Source of the DNA: Fimbriosthenelais zetlandica
Lineage: Eukaryota
Assembly (NCBI GenBank): GCA_977030845.1
Contig: OZ365115.1
Span: forward strand, 29,946,001 to 30,010,000
DNA: 64,000 nt
Direction: 5' to 3'
Shown here piece by piece: positions 27,601 to 42,382 of the stretch. The stretch's first letter is position 1, and each line of letters starts with the position of its first letter. A program made the position numbers and the translations under genes. The notes under the pieces were generated by a model. The model had not been told where the DNA came from and searched no databases. It saw only the letters and a program-made list of their open reading frames with translations.

Positions 27601-30128
27601 GTATTCGAGACAGCAAGCTTACCTCCTGGCAAGTTTAAATTTCCCTTCTTTGTGGTGACACTGGAATCATGTCCATTACATAGTAATAAAGACTTCCTAC
27701 TTGGCAAAACATGCCGGGTCAGGAAGGATTGTGACTGATTCCTGGAGGAAAAATGACTTCAAACCATGCAAGGTTCTCATTTAGTGTGCAAGATTGTTCA
27801 AGTACTCTATTCCCACCCACTGACTGAGGGAAGTAATTACCTACAGATTAAAACCACACTTCTACATCTTTTTTCACACTCCCACCTCTCTTTTTTTTAC
27901 ACATCCCTAATAACTTTAACCCCCTGAAGCATATGGAACCCTTCTCTATTCCTTCCATAAGTATTTGCAAGATCTGATTCCGAATCAGGTTATAATGGTT
28001 ACAGATTTGGAGTCAAGTAAAATATGGCTGCCAGTAAAGTTGACAGACAGGCTGCATGTATTGGCTAATCTTTGAATGCAATCTTGGGCTCTTGCCTACT
28101 GAACCATCAAACCATCCTTGGCAAGGAGAAGTCAGATAATAATGTAATATTCAGCCACCCACTGCCACCTTCATCCCCAACTTGATGTGATTAAGTTCAG
28201 ACATGCCAAAATCTAGCTTTCCTGTCAGTGTTATCTTGACTACCATCATCAGTTCTGTTTACATCTGTCTACCTTTTTCTCATTGTCTAGCTGAGAAGGA
28301 TCTCTTAGTTCTATGGTAGAACTTTGGTAGTTTTCTTTCTTCCGGACTGATTTATCGGTCTCAGCATTCAGGGGAAACCCTTGCACTTCTCACCAAGAGC
28401 TTAAAGTATATTGGTCAGTTTTTAAAATCTATAAGGTCAGGGGACTGACCGGCCCTGGTTTCTAGGTCCCTGGGGAGGGTTGCCACTTCAAACGTGTAAT
28501 TGTGATCAATTTAAACAGAAAGGAAAAAGATAAGAACTTGGCAATGATGGAAGAGATGCCATTGTTCTGAGTTTCAACCTACGGGAGCCAAGTTTTTTTT
28601 CACAATGCAATAAACAGGCGGTTTCTCTACTGCTATAATTTTAAATATTGTAGGTATGAATGTTGCAGAAGAATACAGAAGTGCATGGTATATTTGCAAT
28701 GCTGTCAATATTGCATTCTGGGAAAGTTAAGTAGTGTCTGAGTTGGTTGAAAATAAATACACGGACATGTATGATACAAGCTGTCGAGGTCCCTTTCAGA
28801 TCAGTTTTAACAGAGAATACAATCATGCAAGCCCGTTTATCATGAATGGTGCAGTAAACCAACTCCCATCGTGGATATTAAAAACATACCCCATCACGAC
28901 ACCCCGCCCGCCAATAATGGCAGTTGTCTCTGGGAATTCCATTTGACAGGCCCAGACCGAACTCTTCATGTACTTCATCAGAGTTTCACAGGAACAAATA
29001 GACTTTCAGAGCAAGATGTCATGTTGTGTGTTGCGGAGAAAGCAATCTATCATAGTCGGAGTGGGGACTGCCTCTTATCATCTATTGGCTTGAACACCGC
29101 TGGCCATTCTATGCAGATTGGCAGTCCGTAAACAAATTCCGCATGCCTCTTTTCTGACTAGCAGGCCTACCACCCATATTGTGGTTTGATTTTCCTGTCC
29201 CAGCCAGCGTTTGAATTTAGACCAATCCTTTCAGCGGCCTGTTGAATTGACAGTTTAACAATAGACCAGTTTGTTATTAATTTGTTCCATTAGTTTTCGT
29301 GATTGATTATCTAAATTCTTCTCAGACGCTCTTGTAACTTTCTAAATTATATAAAAGCTACTGGCAGGTGATCTCAGTTTCTCAGTTAGCTCTTCATATT
29401 TGGAAGCATTAGTGAAAAGGAAGTGGCCTCTGGAAAATTATAGCTCTTCCACCAGACCTATAGGCTCTGCCATCCCTATAATGCTTCGATATCACCCATA
29501 CCATTAGTGAACAAAGAAAGCCTATATGAAATTTAAAATTTATAGATCACCACATTAATCATTAGATGTATAAGTTACTTTGGATGAATACAATATTTAA
29601 ATTTACAAGTGATTGTGCCATTCAAATCTATACAGCATGTATCAACACTCATCCAATCTGTAATCTATTATTAATTCCGCACCATATAGTATGGATTGTG
29701 TAACATTTCCACAGTGTATGTATATGTGACAACTCCTTTTGTGTTCAGATGAAATAAAAGAGATTGTGTTGTCTGGCTGCCTTCATAGCATGTATAGAGA
29801 GGGGAACACGGTGCTGCATGGCTTGCCTCAATACCAGATTGTCCCATCCAATCAATGGTCTTAGCAAGGTTCATGAAATGTTGAGTGTTGTGGTGGTTGT
29901 GGTCATATAGGCATGTAAGAGCACTCAGGTCACTCCACAAATGATCAAACTGACAACACAAAAGCTCTTCCTGGTTGTTTAGCTGCTGTATTGATGACGC
30001 TTTTTTCATTTACAATGGTCTCATGCAATCTCCTCTCCCATTTCCACCATGATATAGTGCCAGCAGTACTTTTATTTTATCTACAAGTCCTCAAAGATAA
30101 AGTTCTCTAATGATAAAGATGCGTTTAC

Positions 30129-30330
30129 TTTAGTATACTTTTGTACACCATGCAAAGGATACAGACTCATTGTATCATCTGCCAATGGTTATTTCTTGGC
30201 CAAAGCTTGTAGCAGTTTTAATATTGTGTCTGCATTTACTTTTATACACGATTTAGTATACTTTAGTATATCATGCAAAAGATACAGACTGAGTGTATTA
30301 TCTACTGATGGTATTTCTTGCATGGCCAAA
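30129..30330. repeat. Diverged direct duplication of about 76 bp, period 123 bp
   Basis: 30129-30204 (tttagtatactt...catgcaaaggatacagact...atttcttggccaaa) aligns with 30252-30330 (tttagtatactt...catgcaaaagatacagact...atttcttgcatggccaaa). Confidence 0.85.
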
Positions 30331-33300
30331 AATATCACGAAAATGTCAAGATAGGAGAGGGTTCACTGTACGTCAGTGACCTGATCCCTTCACATGTCAC
30401 CATGCATTGGCTGCCTGTCAGTGACCATCATGTGAGGCCATCCTCTAAGCCAGGCAATGTCTGTGACGGAGAGTAGTTAGGCATTTTACAGAGAAGCCAG
30501 GAACTGAAGCCACACGCGCTGTAGGCACATAAAGCCCTATTGTAATGGAGCCCCGGGGATGTCATTCCTCCTGCTACCAATGACATCCAGCCTCTTTGCT
30601 CTCTGTGTGTGCACCTGTCAGAGTTCTGCCATTTTTGGTCTATAAAAATAAGGAGGTTATAATTGACAAGCTTAGCCCTTCTTATACCTTGCGACAGGCT
30701 TTTCAGTGGTCATTCATACATATACACAAACAGTTTAGAATGGTGATGTACACTAAGATTTTCCCATTCCGATGGTTATGCTATGTAATGTGAAGCCATG
30801 GTTCTGCCATATAATGTGAAGCCACTCAAGGTTTCTGTTTTATTAATTTTTATTTTTTTTGGGGGTGGATCAAATGTAAATATTATATGCTCGTTCGGTT
30901 GTTCAGGATTGCAGCCAAAACACAATGCAGACGGTAAAATCTCGCTGTCAGTTATTGCTGTTAGGAAACCCAGACCAGAATAATATTCTTTTCGCATGTT
31001 TTATAACATTTGGCAAGCGACAGGCCAAGGTAGTGGTTGTCTCCCCAAGATGTATCCTGTCCCTGAAAAAGCATCCATTGAAGATTTATGATGTGTGACA
31101 GTGGTTAGGGGACGTAGTCAGACGGCTTGAATGTGTCCAAAAAGTGTAACAACGCCCGCCTACAAGTGGTTAAAATTTGCATAGATCTTTATGCAAGAAC
31201 TGGGAATGGCCGGGCTCTGATTTATTTATCACTGAGAGCCACGACACATGCTTCATTGGTGCAAACACAAAACACAGGCCTCTGGGCTTGTCTCCCATTT
31301 CTGCCACGGAAAGAAATTAGCCCTGAATGCTGGCCAAGTGGAGAAAAGGAGAATCTACAGTGGAGGCCGATGGCGGTAGAGCAGCAGAGATGTTGGTGGG
31401 TTTTGTCGAGGCAATGTGGACGCCTCAGGCCTAATGGAAAAACTCTGTGTAGAGTTTCTACTGAGAAAAAGAATCCAACATGTCCGTTTTCTTCATACTG
31501 CATCATACCTTTAATAGACGCGGGCTGAATAGAGTGAGAATGTTACTCTGGTATTTTGAGAGGATGAACCTGAGTAGAAATGTTATCGGTTATAGTGAAC
31601 CTTATCACAAATATTGTCCTCACTGAATGCTTTCATCTCATTGAGTTAATAAATACAGATTTATCATGGCCATAATTGAAACCCAATCACATTGATGTTC
31701 TAATTGATTCTGAAATTGCTATGGGTATCAGATACATGAAGCTTAATGGAAGACACCTTCAGTCGATGCATCATTTTGGCAGGGAAAATTTGCCTTTTCC
31801 CTCTGTACACATCACCTTTAATACAGCCATACCACCATGCGCCCAGACCAAAAACAGCCCTGGATGATGCTTGTAGGAAGGCCGATTTCTCCCAATTAGC
31901 TGAGTAAACATGAGACAGCACAATTTTAATTTCCCATGGTCAATATTCTTCTCCGGACGGGAATGAAAGAGGCAGGGTTGGTCAGCCGGTGGGTGGTTGA
32001 GATGATTATGGTCTACAGTGTAAGATAACTCCTGCTATTTACTCCCATTCCTTACCACCCACCTCTAATATGATGTTGCTTCAAACATTCTTCGTTGTCT
32101 TACGAGGTGAAGCAAAAAGTATTTGATTAAATAACTTATACTATTCTTGAATTATATTTAGTAGTTTAATGTCCTATATGTTAGCCTATGATACCTGAAA
32201 GATCTTAAACAAATCTGAAACAAAGTCTTCACATGTGTCTAGAATCACAGACCCAATTTAAATCTGCAGTAATGCAGGCAGAGAGCCAGTATTGTCTTGA
32301 GACAAACTGGCATGATTGTCTTGAGCCATTCTTGCTGGGAGGATCGACTTCAAATTTAGATGTTGCATGTCAAGAAGCAATGTTAAGAATCAGTCAGGTT
32401 TGCAAAGAAATCAATTGTGGTTCATTAAGCGTGTCTAAAATAATCTAATGGTTATCATGGCATGCTTTGGTGACAAATGACTCAGTGGGTCCGACGCATG
32501 TGCTCTTTCCTGGCAATAAGTCTTCAAAATTAGTTTCATTTCCCCTGAGATACTTTAGTCTCGTTGCAATAAATGTATTCTGCCATTTCCCCTGACAATG
32601 AAGCGATGCGCAAGATGAACAGTGATTATGAATCTTTTCCTGTGAATTGTGCATGCCTCATCTCTTTAGGAAAGTATTCCTATGTCATTGTCAACATGTC
32701 TGGACTCTTCTAGGCCCTTAAATTTGTGAGTTTTCTGAAGTCTTCTTGTGTGTGATGGTTGCTCTGATCGTTGTTGCATGTACCAACCACTACTTAACAC
32801 CACCTCGGTAGCAGCAGGACTTACTCACCCAAATCAACCTTGTTAAAGAGACCTTTCATCGTGCCTCTAAGAAGTCTTATGCTCTAGCCCAGCCTTCTGA
32901 AGGATCAGACCTTCCTTCCCTTCCTGCTAGCCAGTACTATAGAAACCAGAGGTTACCAAAGGCGACTATGATCACTAGCTCAACCCCCAACCCCAACTAA
33001 AAAGGCCTCATGGTAAACGGTCACTGTCTATTTTGTTATTTGAAACCTGTTCTTTCTGGGTTGAAACGATTAACTAAAATGTATAGGTTTAGACCTTTCA
33101 TTTCCTTGCCAGGTCAGTACAACCATCTGTCACTTGCATCAACCATTGACTCGCCTTTTGGTGAGGTTTACTGGTTTTGCGTGGTGCTGACATCAGTATC
33201 TTTGCTCCGATTCATATGCTGACTCAAGTGGAAAGTGTTGAAAAATCATTATATTCTCTACACATGCAAGCCTGGGGCAGATTTCTGGTGACAGAGCATT

Positions 33301-33479
33301 ATTGAACACTGGATTGTTTTCTCCTGCAGGAAAGGGTGTGCTACCTTTCAGCTCTGCTACGTGGGACGGTCTGCCATATGTTAAAGATGACCTAGGAGAA
33401 GACGTTTCACTGGGAGCCTGTTTATGACTCCCGAGGCCTGGGTTTAGACTTGTCTAAGTCTCTCTGGTTTTCTGGCCGT

Positions 33480-33520
33480 TCTTGCTGTCCATCTTGCTGT
33501 CCCGTCTTGCTGTCTTGTTG
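33480..33520. repeat. Short tandem repeat of TCTTGCTGTC (3 copies plus a partial)
   Basis: tcttgctgtccatcttgctgtcccgtcttgctgtcttgttg read directly from the sequence. Confidence 0.75.
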
Positions 33521-34334
33521 CAGTTGACATTGGGTGGACCCCAGGCTTGGATGAGCCTAATCTGACTGCCCTAGCTAATATCCCCCCATAAAGTTCATGT
33601 CCTTTTTTCCTCTGGGCCAACCTCGGTTCTTTTAAAAAGTCTAAGCAGTCCGCTATTATAAAAGCCTTCTGCTCGTGTCCTTGTTTTTCTCCAGCACTGA
33701 TATGGATACTTTCTGATGAACAGGACAGGAGAGGTCAGGAAAGCCTTTAAATCTAATGGAAGCTGCTTGTGTGCTATAGTTCTCATCCGTACCAGAGCCC
33801 AGAAAAAGGATCTGCGAGTCCGGGAAATAAAAGGATTACTATTGATTCCAAGAATTGTTAAAGAGAAGTGACTAGCATTAATCGCATGAATGATCTGATG
33901 TATTGATGTTTATCATGGACGGTATAGTGACTGCCATGGCCAATAGGACATGTTATGACATTCGTCCAGGGAGCAATGATTCTCCACTTACAAGCCCCTA
34001 CTTCTCTGTGTCAATATTGGTGTGTATCCCTAACTCTGTTCCTCCTCTAGTTTGCCTACCTTCCTGAGTTTACAAAAGGACTAGGTATCATGTTTATCTT
34101 CTGACCTTATCCTTGCTTTCGTCTCATCCTTCCCCTACCACATAAGGTATGATAGAGTATGGCCTGCCCATAGAATGGGACCGTGGCTTCATCACTTATG
34201 TATAAATGTGAGGCTCAAGATGTAAAATCCTACATGCAAAAAATGTCTATACCTTTTGTACTGAGGCACTGATATATTGCCAATGTTCAGTGAGATGTAT
34301 AGATCATTTAACTCAGGGATATGATATCAGTTGG

Positions 34335-34837
34335 TCATTTAATCAGGTGAATGTACATCATCTAATGCAAGGAGGCAAAGGGAAATATCCACTGTCTGCA
34401 TCTAATATGATGGATGAATAAACTATTTATTATGGTGCATTGGACATGTTGATATCGGGTAAAGCATGGGTCAAATATCCACTGTCTCCGCTGTTCATTT
34501 AATCAGGTGAATAGACTTTAATAGGACGAAACATGTCGGTTATCCCTCATTGATTCTGTTGGGTATTTAGCTGGGAAAATGCACCATTTATTGGCATGTA
34601 TTCGCATGTAAATTCGAGTATATCCACTGTTTCATGTAATCAGATGTATAGACAATTCAAAACGGAGGTAATCAAATGTCCCTACTGGAACATTGAATAT
34701 GATTAATAGATTAAGGGAATTGGTGGAATTATATCAACATTTGGCTTGTTACACAACTGTGATAAATACACCATAATTTGACTTAACTGTGTTGAAACGT
34801 ATATCTGTTGTAATTATGAATATATCAACTGCCTCCG
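34335..34837. repeat. Degenerate minisatellite-like array built from ATATCCACTGT and TCATTTAATCAGGTGAAT modules
   Basis: Identical 18-mer TCATTTAATCAGGTGAAT at 34335 and 34495. Identical 15-mer AAATATCCACTGTCT at 34383 and 34473. Diverged copies near 34620-34653 and 34822-34837. Confidence 0.75.
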
Positions 34838-36169
34838 TTGGGCCAATGTGTTTGTCCACACATTTTCTTTAATTTAAAAGGGAGTAAAATCGTCTGTTAG
34901 TGTGCTGAATAATGGTAAAAGGCCTGAATGATTGGTTTTACCTCATGCAATGTGTATGTCTGCTTGTCAGACCTGTTGGTTTTGGGACTGGCCTGAGCCA
35001 GGATTAATACTTCTAGCTTGGTAAATGTCACTCATTATTATTTCTAGCCAGACACCAGGCCATATGCCCAGATGACATGGTAGTGTGACATAGTATAGAT
35101 AGCTGACTCTATATCACCCCAAGAATAGCCTTAACATTACCATCATCCAAATTAAATGAATATTGGTGACGTTATTGATGATCTTCATTGACTCCTTCAC
35201 TCTGTCCTCGTTATCATGACGTGTGTTCATTATTTTCCCACTCAGAACCTATTGTAGATAATGCCATTCATCTCCTCTTGCTTTGTTTTCAGCAGCTCGC
35301 TAGGAGCAAGCTGAAGTACATATGATATGCATTAATTCCCCCCTTTTTAACTGGAATAAATGGATATGTCTAATGGCACAAGCAAATCACAATTCAGGCA
35401 TGAAATTGAGTTAGATTATAGATTTCCCCCATGACTGTGGTGATACGAAGCGGACTTAATAGGACGTGGGGAGGCAGAGTCTGGAGCAAAAAGAAATTAA
35501 TTATTCTGTAGTCAGGTGCTTGTGCAAGCATTTTTTAACTGATCAGCTGAATCATCTTCTGCCTAAACAAAAATATATTATTTCTAAGAAACCATATATT
35601 ATTCATTGTTGTGGCAACTGATGACTAAGCATTAAATGATTTCAAATCATTCCTAAAAAGATCCTTCCTAAAATGACTATTGGAAAGAATTGCAGTCGAA
35701 GGTTATCTATCATATTCTCCAAAAATATTATTGTTGTCAGGGAATAAGGAGTGATAAAAAGCTTCCCAAATTAGGAGGCAGTCAAAAGAGAAGTTCAAAG
35801 AAGGAAGCGAAACAAGAGAGACAAGGACATGTTTCTTTAGATGTAGTCATGTTTCGCTTTTAGCCAGAAGCTACCGATAAATCACCTTACAATTGCACAT
35901 TTGGTAATGATAAAGGGGCCATGGATCTTCCCGGCCTGTCATGAACCAAAGTACCTTTTATTGACAAAAGTCAATAAATTAAGCATTATGCAACAGTGCA
36001 AAGCAAGAATTGTCTTTCTATGACCATTCATGTCTGTCTGACTAACATTTATTTGTAATGCTGTAAACATATAAATATATTACATGTATTCTCTGTCTTA
36101 ACATTATTAGGAAGCTTTTGTTTTTGAGTATTTTCGTGAATCTCTTCAGTCAACGCTTCCTTATATTGA

Positions 36170-36580
<411 letters not shown>

Positions 36581-37869
36581 TAAATTGTTGGAAAATATAT
36601 TTACCTGTTGACTATGAAAGTTTTTTGTGAGAATTCATAACACAGAATTTAGACAGTAAACAGATCGAGAACTTGTTTAGACAGTAACCGTGTAGATTCC
36701 TTTCTTCATCACTTGTCAGTAGCCTTATTATTTATCAGCAAATAGGACATGGTTCTACTTAACAACATGTAACCCTATCTCCCTCATTATGTCCATTTCC
36801 ACATTGGTTGTCCTCTTCAGGTATTGTCTGACGATGGCACACCCTTTCTCAACTCCCCGCCATGTCATCGTCTCGTCTTTCTTTTTCAAAGTTCTCTTGT
36901 TTCCATCCACAACTCCTGCCAAATTACCTGGTAGCTTTGCGAGAGAATTTAACAGAACAATGTAATCCTGCCACCACGAGAGGGGTATTTTATTTTGTAA
37001 GGAAAAGAAACACATTTAGCCTAATATCCCATTTGTGGACATTGACTTAATCTATTTATTGGAACTAAGAAATAGTCTTTTCCAAACTATTGAGTATCAA
37101 TTATCAATGTAAAGGTTGAAGTGTTTTTTGGGGCTGAACGTAATCAGCTCATTAGTGTTCTTTACATATGAGGAAAGTAAAATGAGGAGTTGTCTGGTTG
37201 GCATCTTTCTGATTAAGAAGGCTTGGTTCCTGTTTCCTCCATTCAATGCAGGGATTCAGGTGCTCACTATATGAGACATTTATATTCCAGAAATAATGCA
37301 GCCCCTTTGAGACTCGGTTTCTGTTGGGAGCATATTTCCGACTGCTAAACCAGTTGCCCACATTTTACCATATAGCCCATTGTTCGCATGATGCATGTCA
37401 TTCTTGTCAGTCGTTGGAATTATCCCCGATTTGCGACCAATAAGAGGTGCAATTGTACCCACTCCCTGCCTGAGGGGATGTGGGAGGGTGGCAGCCATTG
37501 AATAACTATGAAGACCGTTGTCATAATTCCCCTAGCGCGGATACCTATGGAATGAATCCAGCATTCAGTTTGGTGCAGGGATTTACCTCGATTACCTCCA
37601 CATTCCTATACATAAGCTGTGAATTATATATTCACATCAGCAACTTTCAATTGTCTCTTTTTGGACAAAGAAATTATTACTTAGCCCTAACACTTTCTCA
37701 TCAGTAGATCATTCTCTCTGTAGATGAATATCCCGCACAATTTGATACGTCAATACCACGGGGAAAAAATGGACGCCTCTTCAGCAATTTGGGAATGTGT
37801 TTTTGCCCGCTTCATATTTCCAGAACGAATTGAATTGGATTGAAATGAAGAAGCTACTTGCTGCTGTCA

Positions 37870-38070
37870 GCCTACCTCCCCGTACCACCCACAGCCTCTC
37901 ACCTATAAACTTACACCTCCCTGTATCCACACCTCCCCTCCTCCCCACCTCCCCCACATCCTCTCGCCTCCAACCCACAACCCACCTCCTCATCTCCCCA
38001 CCTCCTCATCTCCCCTGCTTCCCACCTCCCCATCTCCCCTGCTTCCCACCTCCTCACCTCCCACCTCCCT
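37870..38070. repeat. C-rich low-complexity tract with a 24-bp tandem unit (cccacctcc(t/c)catctcccctgctt)
   Basis: Near-identical units at 37997-38020 and 38021-38044, with partial units on both sides. Confidence 0.85.
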
Positions 38071-41000
38071 TATATATCTCTCTCATACGTGATTCAGTCT
38101 GAGTCAAAGTAAGTTACACAGTGCCTGGTCTAGGGTGTGGCTGCAAATATGGCTAGGATTCAAAATGTGCAAGGCCATGCTTGGCCTGGAGTGGAATCAT
38201 CTGTGCATTTTCTGTGCAGCTTCATATAAAAGTAAAACACTACAGTTTTCTTTTGTATAATGAAACTTATAATAAAGCGGGATCTGCCTCTTGGATACTA
38301 TGACTGTAGTCTATGTCATTGAGGTTTGAAATCTGCTCGATTATGCCTCCATATTACGTATGTGGACTGACTATACTACATTTGAGATTTGACTAGATAT
38401 GAGAATTTTCAGAGCTGTCTAAAGTCAAAGGCCTCCCTGCATCTTTATCTTCGTAACTACCAGTATGAAAAAACCTTTTTGAATGCACATATTATTTAGG
38501 ATATCACAGTATTTAGGCTGACGTCGGGGAATATTTTCCTTCCACAGTGACGGCCCATCCATTGTTCGATACAGCAATGATTCATAACCTGTCTTGGTTT
38601 TACCAACAATCAAATACACAGGTCTGGCCATAACTGTCCGGTACATGTCTGTAAATAATGGATGCACCATGGCATGTTCTCATTCACGCCTTACCCCGCC
38701 GTTAGGGGCCCTGATAAATTAATACCACTTCTCACTGTGGTACAGGTCCGAGTGGAAAATACATACCACTTTATTACAGCAATGGATTCACATTGCCCTC
38801 TTAAATCCAATGATTAATAACACTTTATGGCATCGTCTGATTTACGTTGGAGTCTTATCCATAAAATGAATGGGTTGTTCTTGGCGCAATGCTGCCCTTA
38901 TCGACCTATAGCTTGCTTACCATGCTTATCAAATATTATATAGAGACTCTTTTTTCTCAGTTCTTTGAACTCATTCTGATCAATTGCTTTCGATTGGGTT
39001 TTGTTACCAAGGCTTAAAATATAAATACTAAAACGCCTTTAAAGCCTTTTAATGCTTTTATCTGTATTTAAGTCAATTAGTGTTTATAGTTCATTTGGCT
39101 GTTTAAACTGAAAGGCTTCCTCTGGTATCGTATCTGAAGGCGATGTTCTGTATTTTCACTGAGGCTTTCAGCCTGCAGCACAAGGCTAAGAAGCAAATCC
39201 AGCGCTGCAGGTCGCGCACCTGGCTGCCTTGTGTTTTGCTGAGGAGCTGGTTTTTGTAATGCACATGACAAGGGACGCATTCAGGTGAAAAAGACTTGTC
39301 AAGCTAGGCTCCATGTCAAACTACAGCCCCGATCACACTCCCAGGAAGTCCCTGCAGATAAAAGCTGTTGGTGCTGAAACAAAAAGCTCTCGTCAAATGA
39401 AATACATTGCCATAGTGCCTCATTCCTCGACTTGCGCTTCAGTAGTTCTTTCTAATGCATATTTCTACTCTCGTCACTGGCAGTCTTCATAAGACCTATC
39501 TCGTATATCATGAGTAACTGCATTCCAAACATGAAATAAATTTGACAAATTAAGCCAAGCGCATTTCCAACAGTGATTTCTGGTTGAGACTGTTAGGTTA
39601 CAATGAAATAATGAAAAAATTAAGGTCGGAACAGTGCAAGTCTGTCTACTATTGACCCTGGTGGTATAGACATCCGCCACAGGGGTGAAAGGAATAGGTG
39701 GGGGTTGGGGTGGGGGCAATATTTGATAATGATGGTAGTAAACGTGTGGAGAGTTGAGAGAGGTGTTTGCCTGTGTGATGTTTCAGCCCTGAGTGTAAGC
39801 CCTTGGATCCCCCCGGCCCCCCACCCACCTCGGCCGTCCTTTCTATCTCTCTAATCTTTGATCTGGCCTCTTTGATGCCCTTACTAAGAGCCTGAAGCAT
39901 TTAAATGAGCCAGAGTGGGGGTCTTTGAATTATAATAGCCTGGTATCTATACATCCATGTATGATATACATTCAGTCTGTCTACATGCAATCTTCTGAAC
40001 ATTATGATGTTCTGTCCTTTTTAGTGGATAGGTACGTAATTAAGCATGGAAATTGAAACTCTGTATCTGCATATAAAATATGAATATAAATATTATAAAT
40101 ATGGATTAACTCTAGAAATGGATACTGCATTTAACTCTAAGAGGCCATCTCTGCACATACTCTTCTCTTATAGCTCTTCTCGGATTGCTATTAGATGCAG
40201 AAGTATCTCAAGACATGCTATGCTCCCTTGGCCTGGGACAAATGTTATATATGTCTTTAGGTACTATTTCAAACCAAACATAGCATCCTTTTGTCCTATT
40301 CGAACTTTGGTACATGTATACTCATGTCTGTTTTGAATGAAGAGTAAAATAAATATGTACAAAAATAGTGTTGGAGTGACTAAGACCTGTTTTCCCGACA
40401 ACTACATGGAAAGTGATAATAAGAATGCCACAGTAGGTGTTAGATGAATTACTACTTGCATGTGTTCTTTGGATATTGGTAATTCTACATTAGATATCCA
40501 CTCTTCCCCAGTATTAGAGATTGCAATAACTCTGTTTCAATTTACGGTAAAGACGGCGGCTTGAAGTACTATATGAATTTGGTCCATCCCTTCAGGTGAC
40601 GACCATTTTAATCAGGGTAATAGACATAAAACATGAAACCTAGACAGGCTACTTGATAAGCCCTTCAACGAGGCAAGCCCTGGATGATTATATATGCATG
40701 AGACAAGAAAAGTGATAAGACGAGTTGAATGCCTGGATATATTTTTCCATGGCTGAGAAAGTCAGTGAAAATGTCAGCTAACAACAGGATGGTTCAGTCA
40801 TTACCTCTCATCCTCACCCCATCTCAGCTTCATAAGGGGTCGAATTTCATCACAAGGAAATTACCTCAATTACTTTAATTGATTGGAATGGTTATTTATT
40901 ATTTTATCTAGTTTGATAATTATGGAAAATGTAATAAATCTGAATATAAAATATATTCCTTCTGATCTGTGAAGTCCCTTTGATCATGTATGGATAGCAT

Positions 41001-42307
41001 CCTTTCAATTCAGACTGAACGCCAATGGGTCTACCAAAAATGCAGCGTGCCTCCTTTAAATAAATGGGGTAATAAATACTGAATGGGGTCAGAAGACTGC
41101 TGCAGAAGTCTGAAGTGATCTTCTATTGCTCTGTGCCTCCCATCATGCCTAGCGGGTTAGTGAGTGATAGTGAAGAGATATGAGTGATAATAGGGGATTT
41201 TTCCATAGGCCCCAACACTAATGGCCACATTCGGATGCTATCATCGCACCATCTGTCTTCGTCTGGGTCACATGGTGTTACAGACAATAGCTCTGTACTT
41301 CATTAAATATGGTCAGTCGCTGCACCCATCCTCAATATATGCTTGCTCTTCATCCAGTTCACCCTATAGTCTGACGACCCTGCTGTCTCATTGCTCTCAT
41401 TACCATACATTAGGCCTATAACCTAAGTTTACTGCCTTGAGGGTTGCTCTAGCTTATACCATCTATGTATAATGGACCTATAATGATCGAGTTCTAGATC
41501 TGATAGATTACTCATTGGATCCCTTCCACTTCCCCCGACTTTTAAAATGGAAAATTATTCCTATTCAGTGTATAATTACATTCCTTATTGATAGAAATTG
41601 AAGGTTATTTTGGTTGCTTTCAGTACTCGATGCTATTATTTCCTTTCTCTATTTTAGAGTGTTAATTACCTATTGATTTAGTCTGGATGCCTTATAATGA
41701 CTATGTGAGATGAGACAGTAAAGCATAGCCTCGCGCCATTCTATGAAATGTATTGGGCCTGTTGATTATAAACCTTGGAGCCCTCCTGTGTAAAGAACAT
41801 GGAGGGCGTCCCACGATATGCCAGCACTTGAGGTTCATTTATCTTGGAAGCACCGAAACCAATGCCATTCCAAAACTACAGTGCTGTGAAATGGCTTATA
41901 ATGGAGTTGAACAGCAATGTCATTGTCTGCTTTGACTTAGGCGACAAGGAGTATATATGTGCCACTGAAGTGTTGCAGGCACCCAATTCAGAATAACATC
42001 CATAGCCACAGTGGCTGTAGTCATGTGCCAGTGTTAAAAGCCAGGCTGATAGATCTCCCTTTTAGAAAAACACATTCGAAATCCAAATGGGTTGTCAGGT
42101 CGATTATGTATATGCTTTGATGAAAGCGTATGAACTGGATGAATGGTGACCACATGTTTATATTTGGCAGTTATAGAACAGAAGCAATGCGTTGTTTCCG
42201 ATGTGATGCTTCTATGGAAGAAGACATCTACGCAGATAATCATTGATCTGTATTAAATTATTGAAATATTATCTCTCTTGTCTTAAATTATTTCCATTTA
42301 TTTGCAG

Positions 42308-42382
42308 GTGCGAGAACGGTTACGGGTGTCACTAGAACGAACTGCTCAGCTAGAGGAAGAATTAGCAGCTGTCAATCAAGAA
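42308..42382 (+). CDS. PPFIA: Liprin-alpha coding exon, VRERLRVSLERTAQLEEELAAVNQE (25 aa)
   Basis: Matches the family motif VRERLRVSLER..LEEELAA.NQE. Boundaries tttgcag| and |gtgagt, 75 nt. Confidence 0.96.

Noticed and set aside
33330-33335. Strong acceptor ttttctcctgcag followed by GAAAGG|gtgtgc (6-nt microexon)
   Set aside because: The donor is poor, and the insertion would fall in the invariant NNTR-LLLEH junction.
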